Assembly (NCBI GenBank): GCA_030390025.1 | Contig: CM059431.1 | Span: 130,078,001 to 130,142,000, forward strand | Direction of reading: 5' to 3' | Origin: Squalus acanthias | Lineage: Eukaryota | Length of the DNA stretch: 64,000 bases | Part shown: piece by piece, positions 1 to 11,355 of the stretch | Position numbering within the stretch: the stretch's first letter is position 1 | How the letters are laid out: the number at the start of each line of letters is the position of its first letter | Notes under the pieces: generated by a model | The model's database searches: none | What the model was told of the DNA's origin: nothing | Seen by the model: only the letters and a program-made list of their open reading frames with translations | Translations under genes and position numbers: made by a program

Positions 1-732
1 CCGGACTGAACGGAGGTGTTCCGCAAAGCGGTCATCCAATCTGCGCTTGGTCTCCCCAATGTAGAGGAGACCACATCGTGAGCAGCGAAAGTGGTCTCCT
101 CTACATTGGGGAGACCAAGCGCAGATTGGGTGACCGCTTTGCGGAACACCTCCGTTCAGTCCGGAAGGTTGACCCCGAGCTTCCGGTCGCTTGTCATTTT
201 AATTCACCCCTCCACGCTCACTCAGACCTCACCGTCCTCGGCCTCTTGCATTGTTCCACGGAAGCGCAGCGTAAGCTCGAGGAACAGCACCTCATCTTCC
301 GTTTAGGCACTTTACAGCCTTCCGGACTCAATATCGAGTTCAACAATTTCAGATCATAACCCCGGCCCCTACCATATATGTATACATTTTATCCACTCTT
401 TTGGTCCGTGCCTTTTTCCTTTTTTTCTCTCTCTCCCCCCACGGCAGCTGTCTCTGATTCTGCCAGCATTTCACACCTTACCTTTTTGTTTCTCAACCTG
501 TCTCATTACCATCTCGTCTTGCCTTGAGCATCTCTCAATGTCTCTACTCACTAAAGACCATCCCTTTTGTTCTTTTATTCCTCCCCCCAGCCTCCCTCTT
601 GCATTTTTATCTGTTTATTTCTTGCTCTCTCAGTTCCGACGAAGGGTTTCGACCTGAAACGTTAACTCTCTTTCTCTCTCCACGGATGTTGCCTGGCCTG
701 CTGAGTTTTTCCAGCGTTTTCTGTTGTTATTT
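1..732 (+). mobile_element. Penelope-like retroelement 3' end (GIY-YIG endonuclease C-terminus plus 3' region), with an inverted 5' copy running off the window
   Basis: ORF 78-359 reads GLLYIGETKRRLGDRFAEHLRSV...PVACHFN...EQHLIFRLGTLQPSGLNIEF, a GIY-YIG motif set. Bases 1-74 are the reverse complement of 91-164 (1 mismatch). A hammerhead-like motif lies at 631-668. Confidence 0.85.
631..668 (+). ncRNA. Minimal hammerhead ribozyme-like motif of the Penelope element (core variant CCGACGA)
   Basis: agtt-CCGACGA-agggtttcgacct-GAAACGTT-aact. Stem I is agtt/aact, and the core differs from CUGANGA at one position. Confidence 0.55.
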
Positions 733-733
733 A

Positions 734-1986
734 GGAAATATTACATTTGGTTCCCTCATCCAAATCATTGATATATATTGTGAATAGCTGGGGCCCAAGC
801 ACTGATCCCTGCAGTACCCCACTAGTCACCGCCTGCCACCCCGAAAAAGACCCATTTATTTACACTCTCTGTTTCCTGTCTGTTAACCAATTTTCAATCC
901 ATGTCAGCATATTACGCCCAATCCCATGTGCTTTAATTTTGCACACTAACCTCTTATGTGGGACTTTATCAAAGGCCTTCTGAAAATCCAAATACACCAC
1001 ATCCACTGGTTCTCCCTTATCTATTCTACCAGTTACATCCTCAAAAAACTCCAGTTTGCTGACGCCACAAAACTAGGTGGGATTGTGAGTTGTGAGGAGG
1101 ATGCAATGAGGCTTCAAGGCGATTTAGACAAGTTGAGTGATTGGGCAAATACATGGCAGATGCAGTATAACGTGGATAAATGTGAAGTTATCCACTTCGG
1201 TAGGAAAAACAGAAAGGCAGAGTATTATTTAAATGGTGATAGATTGGGAAATGTTGATGTACAAAGGGACCTGGGTGTCCTTGTACACCAGTCACTGAAA
1301 GCAAACATGCAGGTGCAGGAAGCAGTTAGGAAGGCAAATGGTATGTTGGCCTTCATTGCAAGAGGATTTGAGTACAGGAGCAAGGATGTCTTACTACAGT
1401 TATACAGGGTCTTGGTGAGACCACACCTGGAGTACTGTGTGCAGTTTTGGTCTCCTTACCTAAGAAAGGATATACTTGCCATAGAGGGAGTGCAGCGAAG
1501 ATTCACCAGACTGATTCCTGGGATGGCAGGACTGTCGTATGAGGAGAGATTGGGTCGACTCGGCCTGTATTCACTAGGGTTTAGAAGAATGAGAGGGAAT
1601 CTCATTGAAATGTATAAAATTCTGACTGGGCTAGACAGACTGGATGCAGGGAGGATGTTTCCCCTGGTTGCGGAGTCTAGAACGAGGGGTCACAGTCTCA
1701 GGATACGGAGTAGGACATTTAGGACTGAGATGAGGAGAAATTTCTTCACTCAGAGGGTGGTGAACCTGTGGAATTCTCTACCACAGAAGGCTGTGGAGGC
1801 CAAGTCACTGAGTATATTTAAGAAGGAGATCGATAAATTTCTAGACGCAAAAGGCGTGAAGGGATATGGGGAGAGAGCGGAAATATGGTATTGAGATAGA
1901 GGATCAGCCATGATCATATTGAATGGCGGAGCAGGCTCGAAGGGCCGAATGGCCTACTCCTGCTCCTATTTTTCTATGTTTCTATG
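734..1986 (+). mobile_element. CR1 LINE, 5'-truncated, with inverted 5' segment (734-1052 minus, 1053-1986 plus)
   Basis: The minus segment encodes EFFEDVT...YLDFQKA...QGSVLGP...EGTKCNIS. The plus segment continues FADATKLGG...RPHLEYCVQFWSP to a stop at 1894, then a (tttctatg)n tail. Confidence 0.92.
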
Positions 1987-4551
1987 GGGAGGTTAGTCTG
2001 CGAGGAGCAGGCTTGGTGGGATGGTTGACAAGAGCAGAAAGTGGGACAGTTGGCCTGAGTGTTGTGGAGAACACCAAGAGAGGAGCAAAGGGAGACCAAG
2101 AGGCACTTGAGCCTGGTACAGTTGCAGGAGAGAAAGTAGGCTGAGGGTTAGTGCTGAGTGGAAGAAAGTAAGCAGTGTACGAGACGAGGGAGGTAAAAAG
2201 GGACATTACTGGATGAAATTTAGAGAAGTAGAAAGTAGAACATGGCCTAGATATGGCAGGAAATAAGAAGTGAAAGTAGGAGACTTGCTTAGGGGGCAGC
2301 CAATATTCATACACAAATGAAAACAGGACAATTTTAAATTACATGGACCAGTTGCAGTAATCTAGGTATGAAAATGTTAAGTGTCAGACTCGGCTTATTG
2401 GTGGCATACTTACATTTTCTAATTGTAATAACTAAGTATCATTATTAAACAATTAGTACCACAATGTGAGCATTTCTCCAAAAAGTAACAAAGTCATTCT
2501 GGGTTAAATTTCAGAACAGTAATTTTTCAGCAATGCTATAATTTACGTACAATAACTGATACGTTCTGTTTGAAAAGAATGGCAAAGTAACCATGTTTGT
2601 GTAAAATACAAATTGGGAAGGAAAAAGCTATTTTAAACGTATTGAAATGAACTTGGAGCATTTTATGCTTATGCTTTCCTTCTGAAAAAAACATTTTCAA
2701 GTAACTTGATGTGTTATAGTGAATAAGACACAAAGAACATCTGTATTTGGGCCAGTAATTTCTTGACCTCTTGGCTAATATTCTTGGCATGTACTAGTAA
2801 AGGTTCAGAAACATAATAAAGTCCAGAAAAGTACTGTAGTTATTCATTCTGGCTTTAACACTTTCTCATTATCTCTATTTGTTCATCGTGAAGATTAAGT
2901 ACATCATCCTGTTATACAAATTGGTTGTGCTTTACATAATTCTCATGACTGTATTTAAATAAATCAAAATATCAGCACTACAAGTTTAAATCATTTAAAA
3001 TGTTTGAATTTCTGCACTGGGTCATTAGTTTATCACATAGCACACAGTGGTCTCATGTAACACAAAGTGAGTTTGGCAGTTTTATAAGAAATAGCAACCC
3101 AGGCCAGAAGCGACAAGATGTTAATATTGTGCAACCCACACAGCTGATTTTCTGCACACAAATAGTGAGATCCAAAAGATGATATTTACTTGCCATATAT
3201 CAAGACTTGGATATTAGCTCCAGCACTGTTTGTCGCAGTTGAGCAAAGCTGCTAATGTTTCTGTAAATTTTAAATCTGCATGAAATCTGGCCTTTCTGTT
3301 GCCAGTGTGCCTGTTTCTTCTAGCATTACCTCTGAACTACTTTTCTCTTCTTCACACAGGCCTCATTGTCCCTCCTGTGTTATCTCCAAATTCACTGCCA
3401 ACTTTGATGGAGCTTTGGCTTCACAATTCCTTCCATAGGAAATTAAATCTTGATGTTTACTATTCCTCTGGATAAAATACCTACAGGATTACCAGTCTTT
3501 CCTTCCTTTCTATGGCACCTCCAAGTACTTCTGGTCCTATAATATTATCGATTATGAGAAATAACAAGCTGAATTTGTTCCAGCCCATAGTGAGATCTGT
3601 ATCTGGGTGGGCGAATCTGTTTGTATTTCTCTGACTCTTCCTGACTTTCCTTCTTCATTTAATAAGTAATGAAAAAAAATCTTTCTTTAATGTAAGAAAG
3701 CAGTTTATTTCTGCCTCTATTTCTCTTCCCCGCTCCTTATTTAATTTTTAGCTATCTTTTATTTCTTCCTTTTACTTATCCATCATTTTCTTTTTGTCTC
3801 ATTGTTTTTTTCCATTGTTCTGTGTTTTCTGTGTCTTTATTTCTCTTTTATCATTGTTTCTCTTGTTATTTTATCTTTCAGTTTTGCTGTTTACATGCTT
3901 TCTACTCTTCCCATCACCAATTATTGCAGTATCCCTGTTTTTTATTCTCCATTTATGGATTCCTCTAAGCTAACCAATGTAAGTGCAAACATATCACTGT
4001 CACTAGTTGAACATCACAGAAACAGATTTTCTTACACCTGGCACAATTGGAATTCATTATTTTGTACTGATTTTAAAAGTTACTATTTAACTAGCAGAAA
4101 TGTTGTGTACCACTAAATCAATATCCAAATGCCATTTGTATTATATACACCACTGTGATGGCGATTAATGGTCAAGTTTATTTGTATATCACTTGTTTTT
4201 GTCAGAGAGACAAGTTGATGTGAAGCAGGATTGGATATTTTTGATCTCCTTGCAATAACAGGGGAAACACAACTGATAGTAGTCTGATGAGACTATAATG
4301 CCTTCCTCTATAACCCTTCATTTCATAGCTGTGACTTATTCTGCAGTATCCCCTAACGGACACCTTTTGCTCTACTGGTTGTTGCATTCTCTTGATGACA
4401 GTTTGTTTTAACTAGCCAATTGACATCACTACTCTTGCCCTAGAGTGGTAATCAATATATAAAAAAACGAACCCAAATCCTTCAACGTATAAAATATGGA
4501 AGCGAATTAAGGAACCTACATATGCTTTCTGTGCATCTTGATCAATATATT

Positions 4552-5302
4552 GGCCCGAAAATTAAACCTAATACGCGAGAGTACGCACTGTGTACTCCCG
4601 CGTATTAGATCCCGAATTGCCGGTTTCCTGCATGCACTGCGCATGCGCGGGAAATCGGCACTTCGTGAATTGCAAAGGGGGCGGTTCCTAAGTGAACTGC
4701 GTGCGCGCTACAGGTTGTGCGCACGCAGTGCACTTAGTTTTTTTTTCAGCTTTGAACGCGCAGGTAAGTGGTGAAGATTTTACACATAAAGAAAGCAGGC
4801 GTAGGACCCCCTTTTAACAAGGTAAGTAGTTAATTAAGTGTTATTTTAAATTTTTTTCAACAGGTTTATCTTTTTTAGAGACTTTAAAGAAAGGTAAGTT
4901 TATTTTTATAACTTAAAAAGATTTTAAATTTTTTCAAAAATTTAATTTTTTGCTTAAAGTGGTTAATTTATTTAACTATGCTTATTTTATTAATGTGATG
5001 GCTTTTTTTAAATTTAATTGAGGTTTAGCTGTTCTTTTGGGGGTTTGTAGTATTCATAGCTTTGACGTCAAAACTATGAATGAAAGATGGTGTGCTGCCA
5101 TTGGCTCTAACTGAATCACGTGATCCCAGAGCTCGCACGAACTAATTGCGCCTCTGGGATACGCACACACTGCGCGGTTGCAACAAGAAGAGGCTCTGAA
5201 ACTAAAGTTCGTGTGGGCCCCAAACAAAAAGGTAGGCGCGGAGTGCGATATCGCGGGGAATCCTTACCCCCGCGGGAACCATCGATGTTTAATTTCTGGG
5301 CC
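4552..5302 (+). mobile_element. MITE, family A copy 1 (PIF/Harbinger-related; 3-bp TSD ATT)
   Basis: TIRs ggcccgaaaattaaa / tttaatttctgggcc (13/15 match), ATT on both flanks, and homologous copies at 7969-8602 and 53869-54591. Confidence 0.85.
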
Positions 5303-6019
5303 ATTATGTCTATCTTTGTTGCTAATATTTCAGTTCCCTTTCTTTTGAACCCCAGTCTTGCTTGCTTGGACATTTGTTATGATTGTGCAAAAGTATCTAA
5401 AGATAATGACGCAACTAAAAAAGTAAGTCCAGAAGTTACTGTTTGCCATTTTAGCAGAGGAATAACCTTTTTGTATGATATTTCTTTGTTATTTTAACAC
5501 AGGCATGAACCTGTTTAGTTGAAATGGGTTAACACTTCTGCTAAATTGGTGGACAGAAGGTTGCAATATAAACACATTAAGTGTTAATTGGCTAATCTAC
5601 CAACAGTAATTTCTGTTTATAGAATAATTTGTGCCACTAGATTTTACTAGTTCACATGGGAAATCCTAACATTATGACGTTGATAATATGCTCAAGGCCT
5701 ATAGCTATAGTTACAGTTATACAATGTTGTAGCAACTTTTTGCAACTAGTTTTGTTGACTACTTAAAGAGAATGACCCAGAATTTGGTGTCATTATGATG
5801 CTTCTAATTGTGTTTGTGCTGTATTTAGTGACAACTGCTAAATTTTAAGCCCTTGAATAAGCAATGGCAGTGAATTTTAATGCCATGTAGCTGTGGAAAG
5901 GATGGGACATAGAAATATATATGATTGCAAAGCATCACACACTGACAGCTCACCAAAAAAAAAGCAACCATTAGGCCATGCTCCCACAAATGAACCATGA
6001 GGCTGCATGGTGGTGCCAG

Positions 6020-6550
6020 TTTTTTTGATATTCGTTCATGGGATGTGGGCGTTGCTGGCAAGGCCAGCTTTATTCCCCATCCCTAGTTGCCCTTGAGAAG
6101 GTGGTGGTGAGCCGCCTTCTTGAGCTGCTGCAGTCCGTGTGGTGAAGGTACTCCCACAGTGCTGTTAGGGAGGGAGTTCCAGGATTTTGACCTAGCGACG
6201 ATGAAGGAACGGCGAGATACATCCAAGTCAGGATGGTGTGTGACTTGGAGGGGAACTTGGAGGTGGTGGTGTTCCCATGCGCCTGCTGCCTTTGTCCTTC
6301 TGGGGAGTAGAGGTTGTGGGTTTGGGAGGTGCTGCCGAAGAAGCCTTGGCGAGTTGCTGCAGTGTATCTTGCAGATGGTACACACTGCAGCCACGGTACG
6401 CCGGTGGTGGAGGGAGTGAATGTTTAAGGTGGTGGATGGGGTACCAATCAAGCGGGCTGCTTTGTCTTGGATGGTGTCGAGCTTCTTGAGTGCTGTTGGG
6501 GCTGCACTCATCCAGGCAAGTGGAGAGTACTCCATCACACTCCTGACTTA
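6020..6550 (-). mobile_element. 3' fragment of a CR1/L2-group LINE (family B)
   Basis: Minus ORF MEYSPLAWMSAAPTALKKLDTIQDKAARLIG is repeated at ~9285-11350 and ~45355-46450, where it is linked to RT motifs (FADDCT). Confidence 0.8.
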
Positions 6551-6759
6551 TAGTCAGTTATACAGCCAGATCCATATATTTTGTAAATTCATTTATGTAT
6601 CCTAACTCTGATGGAGCAAATAATCCGAATGTTTGTTATGACATTTTAAAATGGCAGTAAAGGTTGGCATGTTGCTCCTGACACACTGTTGAAATGACAG
6701 TACAACAGGGATGAGTGTAAAGGCCGAAATGTGAATTTATTTGAAAGAGATGAATGAGA

Positions 6760-7128
6760 GAACATAAACACTAAATGGTAAAACGTTGAAAGGGATAGAA
6801 AAATAGTCACTTAAGGGTTCAGATACATAAATCTTCAAAAGTGAGAGAAGTGATTGATAAAGCTATAATAAAGCATGTGTGATCCTAGTTTTTATAAACA
6901 GGGTTATAGAATACAAGGGAAAAAAACATGGAATGTTCTACTAGAAATAGTGGTAGGAGCAGATTCCATAACCGCTGTTAAAAGGAAAGTGCATAAATAT
7001 TTGAAAAAGGAAAAACAAGGCTGAGGGGAAAGGGTAGGGAAACGAGAATAAGTGGATACCTCCTTCAGTGAGCCGGCACAGATGGGCCGAATGGCCTCCT
7101 CCTATGCTGGAAAATTCTATGATTCTGT
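6760..7128 (+). mobile_element. Decayed CR1 3' fragment
   Basis: Ends in the CR1 3' signature gatgggccgaatggcctcct...ttctatgattct. Confidence 0.6.
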
Positions 7129-7699
7129 ATCATGCCTTTGCATAAGATTAACTGCTTGCCATCTTGGCTACATGGGAAAACCTTCTTCAGGTCTCCGCAT
7201 GCAGGCGATATGCTTCCATGTCTCTGCCAATGCCGCAGTTATTATTGCTCACTAAGAGAATGAGTATGGCTCCTGATGGCTGATTTTTATTCCCTCTTCC
7301 AGTGAGGAAAAGCCTTTCCTCCTGCTCTCATGGTACAGTTTAGATTGGAAATTTACTGTATGGAAAATTGTAGGTGTGAATTGCAGAAGTTATCACATTG
7401 GCGCCCCATTATACTGTACTACAACTTTTTAGTTGTGATGTTGAACGTCAGTTACCACTCCTCCCATCAAATAATTCAATGTGATCCTTACTTATACCAT
7501 TTATCTGGCTTTTATAGCAAACAACCAAAATGCTCTTTAATATAGTAAGTTTAAAGAGAAACACTACCTTGATAGGCCTGTCTTTTAGAAAATCAATAAC
7601 CTGCCCCTCCAGCTACTCATTGATCGAAGCAACTTAAACTTTTCCTAAATCACACAGGCACTCCCTCCTTATCAGCATTCTACAGTTCAGAGGCTCTCT

Positions 7700-9282
7700 G
7701 AGGGAAAATACTGGAATCCATTATTAAGGAAATGGTAACAGGGCACTTAGAAAATCATAATATGATTAGGCAGAGTCAACATAGTTTTATGAAAGGGAAA
7801 TTGTATTTGACAAATCTATTCGAGTTTTTTGAAGATGTAACTAGCAGGGTAGATAAAGGGGAACCAGTGGATGTAGTATATTTGGGTTTTCAAAAGGCAT
7901 TTTATAAGGTGCCACACAAAAGGTTGTTACACAAGATAAGGGCTCATGGGGTTGGGGGTAATATATTGGCCTCTTGTTGCAACCGCGCAGTGTGTGCGTA
8001 TCCCAGAGGCGCAATTAGTTCGTGCGAGCTCTGGGATCACGTGATTCAGTTAGAGCCAATGGCAGCACACCATCTTTCATTCATAGTTTTGACAGGAAGA
8101 GCTGTCAAAGCTATGAATACTACAAACCCCCAAAAGAACAGCTAAACCTCAATTAAATTAAAAAAAAGCCTTCACATTAATAAAATAAGTATAGTTAAAT
8201 AAATTAACCACTTTAAACAAAAAATTTAAAATCTTTTTAAAAGTTATAAAAATAAACTTACCTTTCTTTAAAGTCTCTAAAAAAGATAAACCTGTTGAAA
8301 AAAATTTAAAATAACACTTAATTAACTACTTACCTTGTTAAAAGGGGGTCCTACGCCTGCTTTCTTTATGTGTAAAATCTTCACCACTTACCTGCGCGTT
8401 CAAAGCTGAAAAAAAACTAAGTGCACTGCGTGCGCACAACCTGTAGCGCGCACGCGGTTCACTTAGGAACCGCCCCCTTTGCAATTCACGAAGTGCCGAT
8501 TTCCCGCGCATGCGCAGTGCATGCAGGAAACCGGCAATTCGGGATCTAATACGCGAGAGTACACAGTGCGTACTCTCGCGTATTAGGTTTAATTTTCGGG
8601 CCTTGGATAGAGGATTGGTTAACGGACAGAAAACAGAGATTCGGGATAAACGGGTCATTTTCAGGTTGGCAGGCTGTTACTAGTGGGGTGCTGCAAGGAT
8701 CAGTGCTGGGGCCGCAGCTGTTTACAATCTATATTTCTGACTTAGATGAATGGAGCGAGTGTAATGTATCCAAGTTTGCTGATGATACAAAGCTAGGTGG
8801 GAAAGTAAGCTGTGAGGAGGACACAAAGAGGCTGCAAAGGGATATAGACAGGCTAAGTGAGTGGGCAAGAAGTTGGCAGATGGAGTATAATGTGGGGAAA
8901 AGTGAGGTTATTCACTTTGGTAGGAAGAATAGAAAAACAGAATATTTTTTAAATGGTGAAAAACTATTAAGTGTTGGTGTTCAGAGAGATTTGGGTGTCC
9001 TTTTACACGAAACACGGAAAGTTAACATGCAGGTACAGCAAGCAATTATGAAGGCAAATGGTCTGTTAGCCTTTATTGCAAGGGGGTTGGAGAACAAGAG
9101 TAAGGAAGTCTTGCTGCAATTGCACAGGGCTTTGGTGAGACCACACCTGGAGTACTGTGCACAGTTTTGGCCTCTGTACCTAAGGAAGGATATACTTGCC
9201 TTGGAGGGGGTGCAATGAAGGTTCACTAGATTGATTCCTGGGATGAGAGGGTTGTCCTTTAAGAAGAGATTGAGTAAAATGG
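7700..9282 (+). mobile_element. CR1 RT fragment interrupted by MITE copy 2
   Basis: ORFs 7732.. (FEFFEDVTSRVDKG) and 8688.. (QGSVLGP, FADDTKLGG). The reading ILA|WIE is split at 7968/8603. Confidence 0.88.
7969..8602 (-). mobile_element. MITE family A copy 2 (one end lost)
   Basis: Near-identical reverse complement of 4552-~5190. The TIR ttttcgggcc is retained at 8593-8602. Confidence 0.88.
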
Positions 9283-9284
9283 TA

Positions 9285-10130
9285 GTGATATATTTCCAAG
9301 TTCGGAAGCTGTGTGACTTGGAGGGGAACTTGCAGCTGGTGGTGTTCCCATGTGCTTGCAGCCCAGGTCCTTCTAGGTGGTAGAAGTCTTGGGTTTGGGA
9401 GGTGCTGTAGAAGAAGTCTTGGTGAGTAGCTACAGTGCATCTTGTAGATAATACACACTGCAGCCACGTTGGGTCATTGGTGGATGGGGTGAATATTTAA
9501 GGTGGTGTTACTGGAGCTGCACTCATCCAGGCAAGTGGAGAGTATTTCATCACACTCCTGACTTGTACCTTGTAGATGGTGGAAAGGCTTTGGAGAGTCA
9601 GAAGGTAAGTCACTCGTCGCAGAAAACCCAGCCTCTGACCAGCTATTGTAGCCACAGTATTTATGTGGCTGGTCCAGTTAAGTTTCTGGTCAATGGTGAC
9701 CCCCCCAGGATGTTGATGGTGGGGGATCCGGTGATGGTAATGCGGTTGAATGTCAAGGGTAGGTGGTTAGACTCTCGCTTGGAGATAGTCATTGCCTGGC
9801 ACTTGTGTGGTGCGAATGTTACTTGTCACTTATCAGCCCAAGCCTGAATGTTGTCCAGGTCTTGCTACATGCGGGCATGGTCTGATTAATTATCTGAGGA
9901 GTTCTAAATGGAACTGAACACTGTGCAATCATCAGCAAACTTCTCTACTTCTGACCTTATGATGGAGGGAAGATCATTGATGAAGCAGCTGAAGGTGGTT
10001 GGGCCTAGGACACTGCCCTGAGGAACTCCTGCAGTGATGTCCTGGGGCTGTGATGACTGGCCTCCAACAACCACAACCATCTTCCTTTGTGCTAGGTATG
10101 ACTCCAGCTAGTGGATAATTTCCCCGATTC
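9285..10130 (-). mobile_element. Family B LINE fragment
   Basis: Minus-strand translation matches the 6020-6550 family (AAVCIIYKMHCS) and includes the QGSVLGP-region DNA. Confidence 0.78.
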
Positions 10131-10194
10131 AGTGTAGATGCCACAAAGAAGCGACTCGACACAATGTTGAACAAGTAAAAGCATGTTCTTTTTC

Positions 10195-11352
10195 TAAATT
10201 TGTTTTATGGGATGTGTGCGTCGCTGGCAAGGCCAGCATTTATTGCCCATCCCTAATTGCCCTCAAGAAGGAGATGGTGAGCCGCCTTCTTGAACCGCTG
10301 CAGTCCGTGTAGTGAAGGTACTCCCACAGTGCTGATTTTGACCCAGCAACGATGAAGGATCGGCGATATACTTCTAAGTCAGGATGGTGTGTGACTTGGA
10401 GGGCAACTTGGAGGTGGTGGTGTTCCCATGCGCCTGCTGCCCTTGTCCTACTAGGTGGAAGAGGTCGCGGGTTTGGGAAGTGCAGCCGAAGTTGCTGCAG
10501 TGCATCTTGTAGATGGTATACACTGCAGCCACGGTACGCCGGTGGTGGAGGGAGTGAATGTTTAAGGAGGTGGATGGGGTGCCAATCAAGCGGGCTGCTT
10601 TGTCCTGGAGGGTGTCGAGCTTCTTGAGTGTTGTTGGAGCTGCACTCATACAGGCAAGTGGAGAGTATTCCATCATACTCCTTACTTATGCCTTGTAGAT
10701 GGTGGAAAGGCTTTGGGGAGTCAGACTCTCGCCGCAGAATACCTAGCCTCTGACCTGCTCTTGTTGCCACAGTATTTATGTGGTTGGGTCCAGTTAATGG
10801 TGACCCCCAGGATGTTGATGGTGGAGGATTCGGCGATGGTAATACCGTTGAATGTCAAGGCGAGGGGGTTAGACGCTCACTTGTTGGAGATAGTCATTAC
10901 CTGGCACTTCTGTGGCGTGAATGTTACCTGCCACATATCAGCCCAAGCCTGAACGTCGTCCAGGTCTTGTTGCATGCCGGCATGGACTGCTTCGTCATCT
11001 GAGGAGTTGTGAATGTCGCTGAGCACTGTGCAGTCATCAGCGAACATCCCCATTTCTGACCTTATGTTGGAGGGAAGATCATTGATGAAGCAGCTGAAGA
11101 TGGTTGGGCTTAGGACACTGGGGCAGTGATGATTGACCTTCAACCACCACAACCATCTTCCTTTGTGCTAGGTATGACTCCAGCCAGTGGAGCGTTTTTC
11201 TCCCGATTCCCATTGACTTCAGTTTTACTAGGGTTCCTTGATGCCACACTCGGTCAAATGTTGCTTTGATGTCAAGGGCAGTCGCTCTCACCTCACCTCT
11301 AGAATTCAGCTCCTTTGTCCATGTTTGGACCAAGGCTGTAACGAGTTCGGAA
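10195..11352 (-). mobile_element. Family B LINE fragment (RT to 3' end)
   Basis: Minus ORFs ALDIKATFDRVWHQG, FADDCTV and MEYSPLACMSAAPTT. Confidence 0.85.
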
Positions 11353-11355
11353 GCC

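Noticed and set aside
4552..8602. Composite macro-transposon bounded by the two outer MITE TIRs
   Set aside because: The flanks differ (ATT versus TTG), copy 1 has its own TSD, and the CR1 is continuous across copy 2.
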